A stretch of 64,000 nt of DNA from Planctomycetota bacterium (GTDB taxonomy: Bacteria > Planctomycetota > B15-G4). The stretch spans positions 128,001 through 192,000 of the forward strand of contig JBBQUR010000004.1 of NCBI GenBank assembly GCA_038212275.1. Reading direction: 5' to 3'. Of this stretch, positions 31,751-39,767 are shown piece after piece. Made by a program: the position numbers and the translations under genes. A model generated the notes under the pieces. That model did not search any database and had not been told where the DNA came from. It saw only the letters and a list, made by a program, of their open reading frames with translations. The stretch's first letter is position 1. The number at the start of each line of letters is the position of its first letter.

Positions 31751-32491
31751 ATGTCGCAGGTCGCCCAGGGAAGCCAGCCCCTCAAGTCCGGCAAGCTGCT
31801 GCAAGCTCCGCTGGACCCGGAGGCGCGGCCGGGAGACGTGCCGCCGCCGTGGGACCGGCTCGAGTGGCGCCCGCTCGCGCCCTTCCGCAACGAGGCAAAG
31901 GCGCGCGTCTTCTGGGCGCAGGATGGCGAACGACGGCTGGTCTGCAAGGACGGCTCGCTGGCGCTGAAGCGGCTGTTCGTGGGGCGCTTCCGGCGCTGGG
32001 CGCTTGCCAACGAGGCACGGGCGCTGGCCGGCATGTCCGGCATTGCGGGCGTCCCGCGCCTGGTGGCTCACTGGCGGAGCGGGCTGATCATGGAATTCGT
32101 GCCCGGACGCATGCTGACCGAGCACAAGCGCGGCACGGTTCCCGAGAAGGTCTTCGAGCAGCTCGATCGCATCGTGAGCGCCATCCACGCGGCGCATTTC
32201 TCCATCGGCGACGTGCATCGCCGCAACATCCTCGTGGACGAACAAGACCGGGTGCACCTCGTGGACTTCGAGCTGGCGCTGGATCGGCGCCGCGGCATCG
32301 GACGCCTGCTCGGTGGGCAGTTCATGCGCCTCGACAGGCTCGCGGCGGCCCGGCAGCGTCAGTACCATGGCGCTCGTCTCGATCCCGCGCAGGCCGAGTT
32401 GCTCTCACGGCGGCCCCTGCCGTATCGCGTCTTCAGGAGAGTCAAGCGATGGCTGCGAGCGATGCGTCCACGGGCACGGGCACGGAGGTGA
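31751..32491 (+). CDS. Atypical kinase (RIO/Kdo/LPS-kinase-like)
   Basis: LVCKD, NEARAL, GVPRL, LIMEFVPG, GDVHRRNIL, LVDFELA. Confidence 0.75.
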   Translation: MSQVAQGSQPLKSGKLLQAPLDPEARPGDVPPPWDRLEWRPLAPFRNEAKARVFWAQDGERRLVCKDGSLALKRLFVGRFRRWALANEARALAGMSGIAGVPRLVAHWRSGLIMEFVPGRMLTEHKRGTVPEKVFEQLDRIVSAIHAAHFSIGDVHRRNILVDEQDRVHLVDFELALDRRRGIGRLLGGQFMRLDRLAAARQRQYHGARLDPAQAELLSRRPLPYRVFRRVKRWLRAMRPRARARR

Positions 32492-33105
32492 GCGGCAACC
32501 CGATCAGCAGGCTGGCACGGAGCGCCAAGAAGCACGGCCTGCTCGGTTCGCTGCGTGTCCTCGTGGCGCTCGGCGTGGTCGTGGCGCTTTTCCTGTTCAG
32601 CCAGCCGACGGGCCTGACCGTGGCCATCGGGGCGGTTCTGGTCGCGCTGGGCGAGTCGTACCGGGTGTGGGCTGCCGGGCACCTGCTCAAGTCGCGCGAG
32701 CTCGCCGTCAGCGGGCCCTATCGCTATGTGCAGAACCCGCTCTACTTCGGTCGCCTCTGCCTGCTCGCCGGCTTCTCGATCATGGCCTTCATGCCCGCCG
32801 AGTTCGGTGGCGTCATGGTGCCGCTCAATGGGGTCGCCCTGCTGATCGGGCTCGCGGTGTTCTTCGGCTACTACCTGCCGCGCAAGCGCCGGGTCGAGGG
32901 AGACCGGCTGGCGCGCGCCCACGGCGAGGCCTACGCGGCGTGGACACGCGCGGTGCCGGAGATCATTCCGAGCCTGCGACCCTACGGAACCAACGTGCGG
33001 CGCTGGACGTCCGAGCGCTTCCGGGACAACACCGAGGGCTTGATGGTGGTCTTCGTCATCGTCGTGACCGTGGCCTTCGCGTGGCGGGCCGGCCTCTTCG
33101 GCTGA
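32488..33105 (+). CDS. ICMT/phospholipid methyltransferase family membrane protein
   Basis: RVWAAGHL, LAVSGPYRYVQNPLYFG, EGDRL...HGEAYAAW...VP; GTG overlaps the kinase stop. Confidence 0.82.
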   Translation: MSGNPISRLARSAKKHGLLGSLRVLVALGVVVALFLFSQPTGLTVAIGAVLVALGESYRVWAAGHLLKSRELAVSGPYRYVQNPLYFGRLCLLAGFSIMAFMPAEFGGVMVPLNGVALLIGLAVFFGYYLPRKRRVEGDRLARAHGEAYAAWTRAVPEIIPSLRPYGTNVRRWTSERFRDNTEGLMVVFVIVVTVAFAWRAGLFG

Positions 33106-33260
33106 ACGCCGCGTCGCCCGATCGGGTGACATGACGAGGTAACGGGGAGGTCCGAGCGCCGTCCATCGCTCCGACATGAGCCCGATACCCATCCTGCATT
33201 CGCTGTGCCATCATCTGTCTGGCGATTCGCCGCAGCGCACGGCGACCGGAGCCCGACCGC

Positions 33261-33887
33261 GTGTTCGACTTCATCACCCTCGCGACCATCGGCCTGGCCT
33301 GCGACATCGTCGGTGTGATCTTTCTGTCCAATGCGATGGGCATCCGTCGCCCGCGGCGCTTCATCCTGGAGTTCTTCGGCATCAAGCGGCCGCAGGCGCT
33401 GCGCACTGTGCTCGATCAACTGCGCGCGAAGTCCGAGATCTTCACGGGCTTTCTTTTCCTCATGGTGGGCTTCTCGCTGCAGATCGTGGCGGAGCTCGCG
33501 CCGCAGCTTGGTCCGCCACCAGCCTCCGACAGCCAGTCGATGAGACTGCAACTGCTGGCCTTCGCGACGCTGACGGCTGCGGTGCTGCTGGCCACGGTGG
33601 TGTTGCGACTGCTGTGCCGGAGCTGGAGCCTGGCCTTGTTCCGGCGGTTGATGCGCGAGTTCTTCACGGACCACGCGACGTGGAACTTCGAGAAGCACCC
33701 GGAGATCACGCGCGAGATCGGAGAGATCCTTTCCATCGCGCAACAGCCGGAAGACTCGATCAGCGACTACGCCGGGCGCGTGCGCACGGCGCTGCGGCTG
33801 CCGGTCGTGGCGCGGCCCGCCAGCAGTCCCGCCAGCGATGACGCCTTCGCTCCCGTGCGCAAGGTGGGGGCCGACCGCCGGATCTGA
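33261..33887 (+). CDS. Hypothetical membrane protein (3 TM)
   Basis: GGAG upstream of GTG; three hydrophobic segments; typical codon usage. Confidence 0.7.
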   Translation: MFDFITLATIGLACDIVGVIFLSNAMGIRRPRRFILEFFGIKRPQALRTVLDQLRAKSEIFTGFLFLMVGFSLQIVAELAPQLGPPPASDSQSMRLQLLAFATLTAAVLLATVVLRLLCRSWSLALFRRLMREFFTDHATWNFEKHPEITREIGEILSIAQQPEDSISDYAGRVRTALRLPVVARPASSPASDDAFAPVRKVGADRRI

Positions 33888-34683
33888 GGACGGCCTCTGC
33901 GGTTCCGCGCGACGCTCTGCAGGCCTGACATGGCCGACCGCAGCCCTCGCCGGCCGGCTTGCTGAACTGCTCGCTGGCCCTGCGGCGGATCTCGGCCAGC
34001 TCCTGCTCCCAGCCGACTGCGTCGCCTGCGGGATGCCGCGGCGTGCTCCGCTGTGCGAGGCCTGCCTGCGAGAGTGCCGGTCGCCCGCCGGACCATGTTG
34101 CCTGCGCTGCGGCGCGCCTTGGACCGTACGGCGGGGAGCATCGGGCTCGTGTGGCCGCTGCCTGCGCTTCGGGCGGGCCTTTGCCTTCGAGACCGCCGTC
34201 GGCCTCTGGCATTACCGCGGTCACGTCCAACTGCTCGTGCACGCCTTCAAGTACCGAGGTCGGCAGGACCTGCTCCAGCCGCTCGGCGAATTGCTGGCCA
34301 GGAATCCGCGCATGGCTGCCGTCACCGGCGGCAGGCAGGCCCCGCTCGTCGTGCCGGTGCCGGCGCGCCGGGCCTCGCGGAGACGTCGCGGCTACGACCA
34401 GGCCGTGGGGCTGGCGCAGGGTTTTGCGCGCGAGGCACGCCTGCCGCTCGATACCGATGCGCTGCGGCGCCGTCGCGAGGAGGGCCCGCAGGCCGGCCGC
34501 TCGCGAGCCAGGCGGCGTCGTCAGGCAGCCGCTGCCTTCCGTGCGCGGCCGGCACGCGTGCAGGGACGGCACGTGATCCTTCTGGACGATGTGCTGTCCA
34601 CGGGAGCGACGGCAGACGCGGCCTCGCGGGCCTTGATCTGCGCCGGGGCGCGGTCCGTGCGCGTGGCCGTGCTGGCCACGTGA
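33838..34683 (+). CDS. comF: ComF family protein (double zinc ribbon + phosphoribosyltransferase); start uncertain
   Basis: CVACG, CEAC, CLRCG, CGRC, FKY, VPVP...RGYDQA, LLDDVLSTGAT. Confidence 0.88.
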   Translation: MTPSLPCARWGPTAGSEDGLCGSARRSAGLTWPTAALAGRLAELLAGPAADLGQLLLPADCVACGMPRRAPLCEACLRECRSPAGPCCLRCGAPWTVRRGASGSCGRCLRFGRAFAFETAVGLWHYRGHVQLLVHAFKYRGRQDLLQPLGELLARNPRMAAVTGGRQAPLVVPVPARRASRRRRGYDQAVGLAQGFAREARLPLDTDALRRRREEGPQAGRSRARRRRQAAAAFRARPARVQGRHVILLDDVLSTGATADAASRALICAGARSVRVAVLAT

Positions 34684-34695
34684 GCGGCGCGCCGC

Positions 34696-35397
34696 TCAGG
34701 AGGGCTTGTCGCCCCGGGCCGCCTTGCGCAACTCGTTCATGTCGGCCACGAACTTCGCGATGGCCGCGCTGTCTTCCGGCGAGACCTTGGTGAAGCGCAG
34801 CGTGAGCACCGTACCGGCAGCCGCCTGATCCGACGACTCGATGCGCGCCGACAGGTCGAAGAACTCCTTGCGGTACAGCGGCAGGCGGAATTTGAGCCGG
34901 ACCTCGCGGCCGGGCACGAGCTTGTCCGCCGCCACGGGCAGCTTGCACTCCATGATGTCGGTGTCCAGGCGCCTCAGCCGCGCGACCTGCGGTCGGCTGG
35001 CTTCGGGCGTGTGGATCATGACCGTGCTCTCGCTCTCGCCCTCGAGGTCGATGCCGGCGTTGCCCTCGAGCGCGGCCAGGGCCTTGTCGTCCTCCTCGAA
35101 GATCGAGAAGAGCCGGTCGAGGCCGAGGGACTCCATCGCCTCGCGGACGGCGGGGCTGGGCTGGCTGACCATGAGGTCGCCCTGCGAGGCCTTGCACAGT
35201 TTGCGCGCCTTGATCATGGCGCCCAGCGCGGTGCTGTTCACGAACTTGACCAGGCGCATGTTGAGCACGATGCGGTGGACGCCCTCGGCGTTCACCTTGA
35301 CGATCTCGTTGCTGAACGCCGCGGTGACGAAGGAGTCGAACTCGCCCTTCAGGGTGAGCACGACGATTCCGGACAGATTCTCCTTCAGCACCTTCAT
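34696..35397 (-). CDS. STAS anti-sigma-factor antagonist fused to a C-terminal PilZ-like domain
   Basis: LKGEFD...IVLNMRLVKFVNSTALG...GLDRLFSIFE (STAS), then V.LKFRLP...ARI...LTLRF..VS.ED...IAKFV (PilZ-barrel-like). Confidence 0.8.
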   Translation of the reverse strand: MKVLKENLSGIVVLTLKGEFDSFVTAAFSNEIVKVNAEGVHRIVLNMRLVKFVNSTALGAMIKARKLCKASQGDLMVSQPSPAVREAMESLGLDRLFSIFEEDDKALAALEGNAGIDLEGESESTVMIHTPEASRPQVARLRRLDTDIMECKLPVAADKLVPGREVRLKFRLPLYRKEFFDLSARIESSDQAAAGTVLTLRFTKVSPEDSAAIAKFVADMNELRKAARGDKPS

Positions 35398-35639
35398 GCG
35401 AGCTTTACCTCTGTGGCGGGCGCCACGCTGCCGTGTGAATCAGCCGTTCGTCCTCTCGGGACGGCGCGCATTCTGGGGACGACGCGGCACGGGGTCAAGG
35501 ACGGCAAACGTGCGCGCACGTCGCTCAAACCGGCAGCGCCCCCGCACTCGTGAGGGGGTGACCTGCCCGCGCGACCGCGGCGCGCCTGCCGACGGCCCGC
35601 ACAGGCGGGATGGGAGGGCCGCGCTGGTACACTCCACGC

Positions 35640-36998
35640 ATGTCAGGTTTTTTCAGGAAGCGCGAAGCACCACCGTCGCCGGAGCCCGTCAAGACTCCGG
35701 CCGAACCGCCGCTGGGCGACGGCAGTCAGACCATCTACGTCACGGGCGACGCTCGCCGCGACACGGACAGGATCCGCCTGCTCGTGGACAGCCTGCGCGA
35801 GGTCAGCTCAACCGCCGACCCGGATCAGCTGCTCGTCACGATGGTGGACCGCGCCGTGAAGCTGGTGGGCGCCGAGCGCGGCCTGCTGTTCACGGCCACC
35901 AAGGACGGCCGCCCGAAGCTGCGCGTCGGTCGCGATGCAAGCGGCAAGGACCTCCCGCGCCACGCGGCCTTCTCGACCAGGGTCGTCGAGACGGTGCTCG
36001 CGGGCGGCAAGTCCGTCTGCGAGAAGATCGACGCGGCCGGCGACTTCGACCCCAGCCGCTCGATGATCGACCTCAACATCCGCGCGGTCATGAGCGTGCC
36101 GCTCGTGGCGCAGGATCAGCGCCTCGGCGTGCTCTGCGTCGACACGCGCGCCAGCGAGCGGACCTTCTCGCGCAGCGACCTGCGCTACTTCGAGGCCTTC
36201 GCGGACATGCTCGCCATCGTGTGGCTCAATCGCGAGGCGGTGGAGGAGCGCGTGCGTGCCGAACGCATGCGCCAGGACCTGGAGCTGGCGCGCAGCATCC
36301 AGCGCAACCTCGTGCCCGAGCGCCCCCTCGTCTGGGAGGGCTACTCGATGTGCGGGCGCGTGGTCCCGGCCGCGGAGACCGGCGGCGACTACTTCGACTT
36401 CTTCCGCACGCGCGACGACATGCTCGCGATGGCGGTCGGCGACGTGTCGGGTCACGGGATCGGCGCCGCCATGATCATGGCCGCCGCGCGCGCCTACGTC
36501 CGCGCCTTCTGCCAGAGCAGCAGCAGTCCGCGCAGCATCCTGCGGCGCGTGAATCGCGCGCTCGGCCTCGACATCGCGGACGACATGTTCATGTCGATGT
36601 TCCTCTGCGTGCTCGACCCCCGCACGCGCGACTTCTATTACACGAACGCGGGCCAGACGAGTCCGGTGTTGCTGCACGGCGACACGCTCGAGACCGAGGA
36701 CTACCGCGTCACGGGCATGGCGCTCGGCGTCGAGCACGAAATCGACTTCGAGGAGCGCGGCCCGTACCGCCTCAATCCCGGCGACACCGTCGTGATGTTC
36801 AGCGACGGCCTCACCGAGTTGCGCAAGGACGACGAGCAATACGGCCGTGCGCGCGTCATCGAGTCGATCAAGCGGCACGGCCGCGGGACGGCCGAGCAAC
36901 TGCTCGAGGGCGTGTTCGCGGACGCGCTGCAATGGTCGCCGGGCCATGACCTGCACGTGGACGACCTCACCGTGGCCGTGCTGCGCGCGGACTCCTGA
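35640..36998 (+). CDS. GAF + SpoIIE/RsbU (PP2C) phosphatase
   Basis: GAERG...SVPL...GVLCVD (GAF); ARSIQ, GGDYFD, VGDVSGHG, FSDGLTE, DDLT. Confidence 0.92.
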   Translation: MSGFFRKREAPPSPEPVKTPAEPPLGDGSQTIYVTGDARRDTDRIRLLVDSLREVSSTADPDQLLVTMVDRAVKLVGAERGLLFTATKDGRPKLRVGRDASGKDLPRHAAFSTRVVETVLAGGKSVCEKIDAAGDFDPSRSMIDLNIRAVMSVPLVAQDQRLGVLCVDTRASERTFSRSDLRYFEAFADMLAIVWLNREAVEERVRAERMRQDLELARSIQRNLVPERPLVWEGYSMCGRVVPAAETGGDYFDFFRTRDDMLAMAVGDVSGHGIGAAMIMAAARAYVRAFCQSSSSPRSILRRVNRALGLDIADDMFMSMFLCVLDPRTRDFYYTNAGQTSPVLLHGDTLETEDYRVTGMALGVEHEIDFEERGPYRLNPGDTVVMFSDGLTELRKDDEQYGRARVIESIKRHGRGTAEQLLEGVFADALQWSPGHDLHVDDLTVAVLRADS

Positions 36999-37000
36999 GC

Positions 37001-38311
37001 GTGGCGGCCGCGCGGCCCGACGAGCCGGCAGGCGCGCGGACGACGCTCTTCACGGAAGTGGTGCTGCCCGAGCGCGATGCGCGCGAGCACTGGGACGTGC
37101 TCGTCGAAGGGCACTCGATCGTCGCGGTCGAGCGCCCCGGCACGCTGCGCGACGCGGCGCAGCGCATCGAGGGCCGCGGGCGCTGGCTGCTGCCCGGCTT
37201 CATCGACGACCACGTGCACCTGCGCGAGCCGGGCCTCGAGCACAAGGAGGGTTACGAGAGCGGCACGCATGCGGCCGCGGCGGGGGGCATCACCACGCTT
37301 TTCGAGATCCAGAACAACCCGCCGCTCATGAGCAACCGTTCCGCGGTCGAGGCAAAGCTCGCGCTCGTGCGGCCCAAGTCCCTCGTCAACGTGCAGGTCT
37401 ACGGCAGCCTCGTGGACGAGGCGCTTCCCTACGTGGCGGAGATGTCCGCGCTGGTCGCCGGCTACAAGCTCTTCATGGGGCCTTCCACCGGCGGGCTCGA
37501 CATTCGGGGCGAGGAAAGACTGCGCGCGATGTTCGGCGCCGTCGCGCGCACGGGCCACTGGCTTTTCGTGCACGCCGAGGATGGCGACCTCATCGAGGCC
37601 GGCATCGCCGCCTACGGTTCGGCGGGGGCCGCGAAGTTCCATCTCGCGCGGCCGGCCGCGGCCGAGATCAAGGCCGTGCAGGATGCACTGCGGATCGCAG
37701 AGGTCGAGGGCACGCGCCTGCACGTCTTCCACATGTCGACGGGCGGCGCGGTGGATCTCGTGGCCGACGCACGCCGGCGCGGCCGGCCGGTGACGGCAGG
37801 CACGTGCCCGCACTATCTCTACTTCACGCACGCCGACACGGCGCGGCTCGGCACGGTGCTCAAGGTGAACCCTTCCATCAAGTCGGCCGCGGACCGCGAG
37901 CGCCTCATCGAGGGCCTGCGCGACGGCAGCATCGACTGCCTGTCGAGCGACCATGCGCCCCACACCGCAGAGGAAAAGGCGCGGCCATTCTCCAAGGCGC
38001 CGTCGGGAATCCCGTGCCTGGACATCTTCATGCCACTGTGCCTCACGCTCGCGCAGCGCGGCGTGCTTCCGCTGGCCACGGTGCTGGAGCGCGCGACGGC
38101 CGGCCCCGCACGTGTGCACGGCCTGACGCACAAGGGCCGCGTCGACGTCGGCCTCGATGCGGACCTCGTGCTGCTCGACCCCGCGCTGCGTCGCGTCGTG
38201 CACGGAGCCGAGCACTTCTCCAGGGCCAGGCTCACGCCCTACGAAGGCATGGAACTCTCCGGCTGGCCCCAGCTCACGATGGTCATGGGCCGCGTGGTCT
38301 TCGAGCGCTAG
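37001..38311 (+). CDS. pyrC: Dihydroorotase (amidohydrolase family)
   Basis: PGFIDDHVHLREPG, AAAGGITT, HAED, HMST, CPHYL, KVNP, SDHAPH; allantoinase-like activity not excluded. Confidence 0.8.
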   Translation: MAAARPDEPAGARTTLFTEVVLPERDAREHWDVLVEGHSIVAVERPGTLRDAAQRIEGRGRWLLPGFIDDHVHLREPGLEHKEGYESGTHAAAAGGITTLFEIQNNPPLMSNRSAVEAKLALVRPKSLVNVQVYGSLVDEALPYVAEMSALVAGYKLFMGPSTGGLDIRGEERLRAMFGAVARTGHWLFVHAEDGDLIEAGIAAYGSAGAAKFHLARPAAAEIKAVQDALRIAEVEGTRLHVFHMSTGGAVDLVADARRRGRPVTAGTCPHYLYFTHADTARLGTVLKVNPSIKSAADRERLIEGLRDGSIDCLSSDHAPHTAEEKARPFSKAPSGIPCLDIFMPLCLTLAQRGVLPLATVLERATAGPARVHGLTHKGRVDVGLDADLVLLDPALRRVVHGAEHFSRARLTPYEGMELSGWPQLTMVMGRVVFER

Positions 38312-38384
38312 GAGGCGCGCCACCACATTCCTTCCCGATCGCACGGTGGTGCTCGCCGGCGGGACGTCCCGAGAAGATCCACGC

Positions 38385-39644
38385 ATGTCACGCACCGGCC
38401 TCTACAAGTTCCTGATCCTTGCCGCGACAGCCGCGGCATGCGGCGTCGCCGTCTGGTGGAAGCTCCACGCCGGAGCGTCGCCGGCTGCTGTGGTGCCCGC
38501 GCACGATGATGCTCCCGCCGCCGTCGGCGTCAGCGCCAGTACTGGCGACGGCGACGGCGCGCTGCTCTCGCCGGCGGGCATGACGAGCAGTGTCCTCGAC
38601 GAAGAGGCAGCCAAGGCGCTCTTCCGTGGCGTGCGCGAAGGGGCGCGGCAGATGTACGACCCGCTGGCCTATGCGGTGCTGCGGCCCAACGTCACGCAGA
38701 CCTGGCCGTGGCCCGAGCATCCGGACGGCAAGATCGTCTCGCGCACCAACAACATGGGCTTCCGGCGCGACACGCCGACGGCGGAAGCGAAGAGCGGTCC
38801 GCGCATTCTCGTTGTCGGAGACAGCCAGACCGACGGGATGGTGAACAACTCGGAGTCCTTCTGCACGCTCCTCGAGGGGCGCCTCAATGCGGCGTTCAAC
38901 GGAGCGTCGGGCGTCTCGGGCGATTCGGGAAGCAAGGCGATGGCCGTCGGCGGTGCGATGGGGCGTGTCGAGGTCCTGAACGCCGGCGTCGGCAACACGG
39001 GGCCTCACAACTATCTCGGCAGCGTGAAGCGCAACCTGCACCTGAAGCCCGACGTCTGCATCGCCGTGCTCTTCACCGGCAACGACTTCCTCAATGCGCT
39101 CGTGCTCTCCGACTTCTTCACCAAGCGCGAGGCCAGCAAGCCGTCGGGTGCCGCCGGCGAGTCCTATCAGCGCCTCATGCTGGACGCCTACAAGCAGTAC
39201 GGGGCCATCGTCGTGGACCGCTTCAACCAGGCGCTGAAGTTCACGCGCTTCCCGGAAGATGCCGAGCTCGGCCTGCAGGTGTCGATCGACTGCTTCCTGC
39301 AGATGCAGGAGCTCTGCACGAAGCAAGGCATTCCGTTTCTCGCCGTGATCCTGCCCACGAAGCCCGACGTGGATCGCGACGACCGGGAGGCCGTGGCGGA
39401 CGTGCTGAAGGCCTGCGCGCTCACTGACGAGCAGTTCGGCATCAACGCCGAGCTGGGCCGCCGCTTCGCCGCGGCGCTGCGCGCGAAGGGCGTCTCCGTG
39501 CTGGACACGACCGACGCGTTGCGCGCCGCAGGCGACACGCCGCACTACTGGAAGAAGGACTGGCACCTGAATCCCGCCGGCCACGCACTGGTCGCCGGGC
39601 TGCTGCAGGAGGCCGTCGAAGCGCTGCTCGCGTCGACCCGGTGA
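38385..39644 (+). CDS. SGNH/GDSL hydrolase-family protein, membrane anchored
   Basis: N-terminal TM, TNNMGFR, VGDSQTDG, VLNAGV, FTGNDF, DWHLNPAGH. Confidence 0.82.
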   Translation: MSRTGLYKFLILAATAAACGVAVWWKLHAGASPAAVVPAHDDAPAAVGVSASTGDGDGALLSPAGMTSSVLDEEAAKALFRGVREGARQMYDPLAYAVLRPNVTQTWPWPEHPDGKIVSRTNNMGFRRDTPTAEAKSGPRILVVGDSQTDGMVNNSESFCTLLEGRLNAAFNGASGVSGDSGSKAMAVGGAMGRVEVLNAGVGNTGPHNYLGSVKRNLHLKPDVCIAVLFTGNDFLNALVLSDFFTKREASKPSGAAGESYQRLMLDAYKQYGAIVVDRFNQALKFTRFPEDAELGLQVSIDCFLQMQELCTKQGIPFLAVILPTKPDVDRDDREAVADVLKACALTDEQFGINAELGRRFAAALRAKGVSVLDTTDALRAAGDTPHYWKKDWHLNPAGHALVAGLLQEAVEALLASTR

Positions 39645-39767
39645 GCGCGCACCGAACCACGCACCGAACCCGGGCCGCATCGCGCCGTCGCTTGCGATGC
39701 GGGAGCGTGCGAGGGACATCGAGCAAGGACTCAGGAAGTCTTCCAGGCAAGTCCGTTCGTGGCGTCG

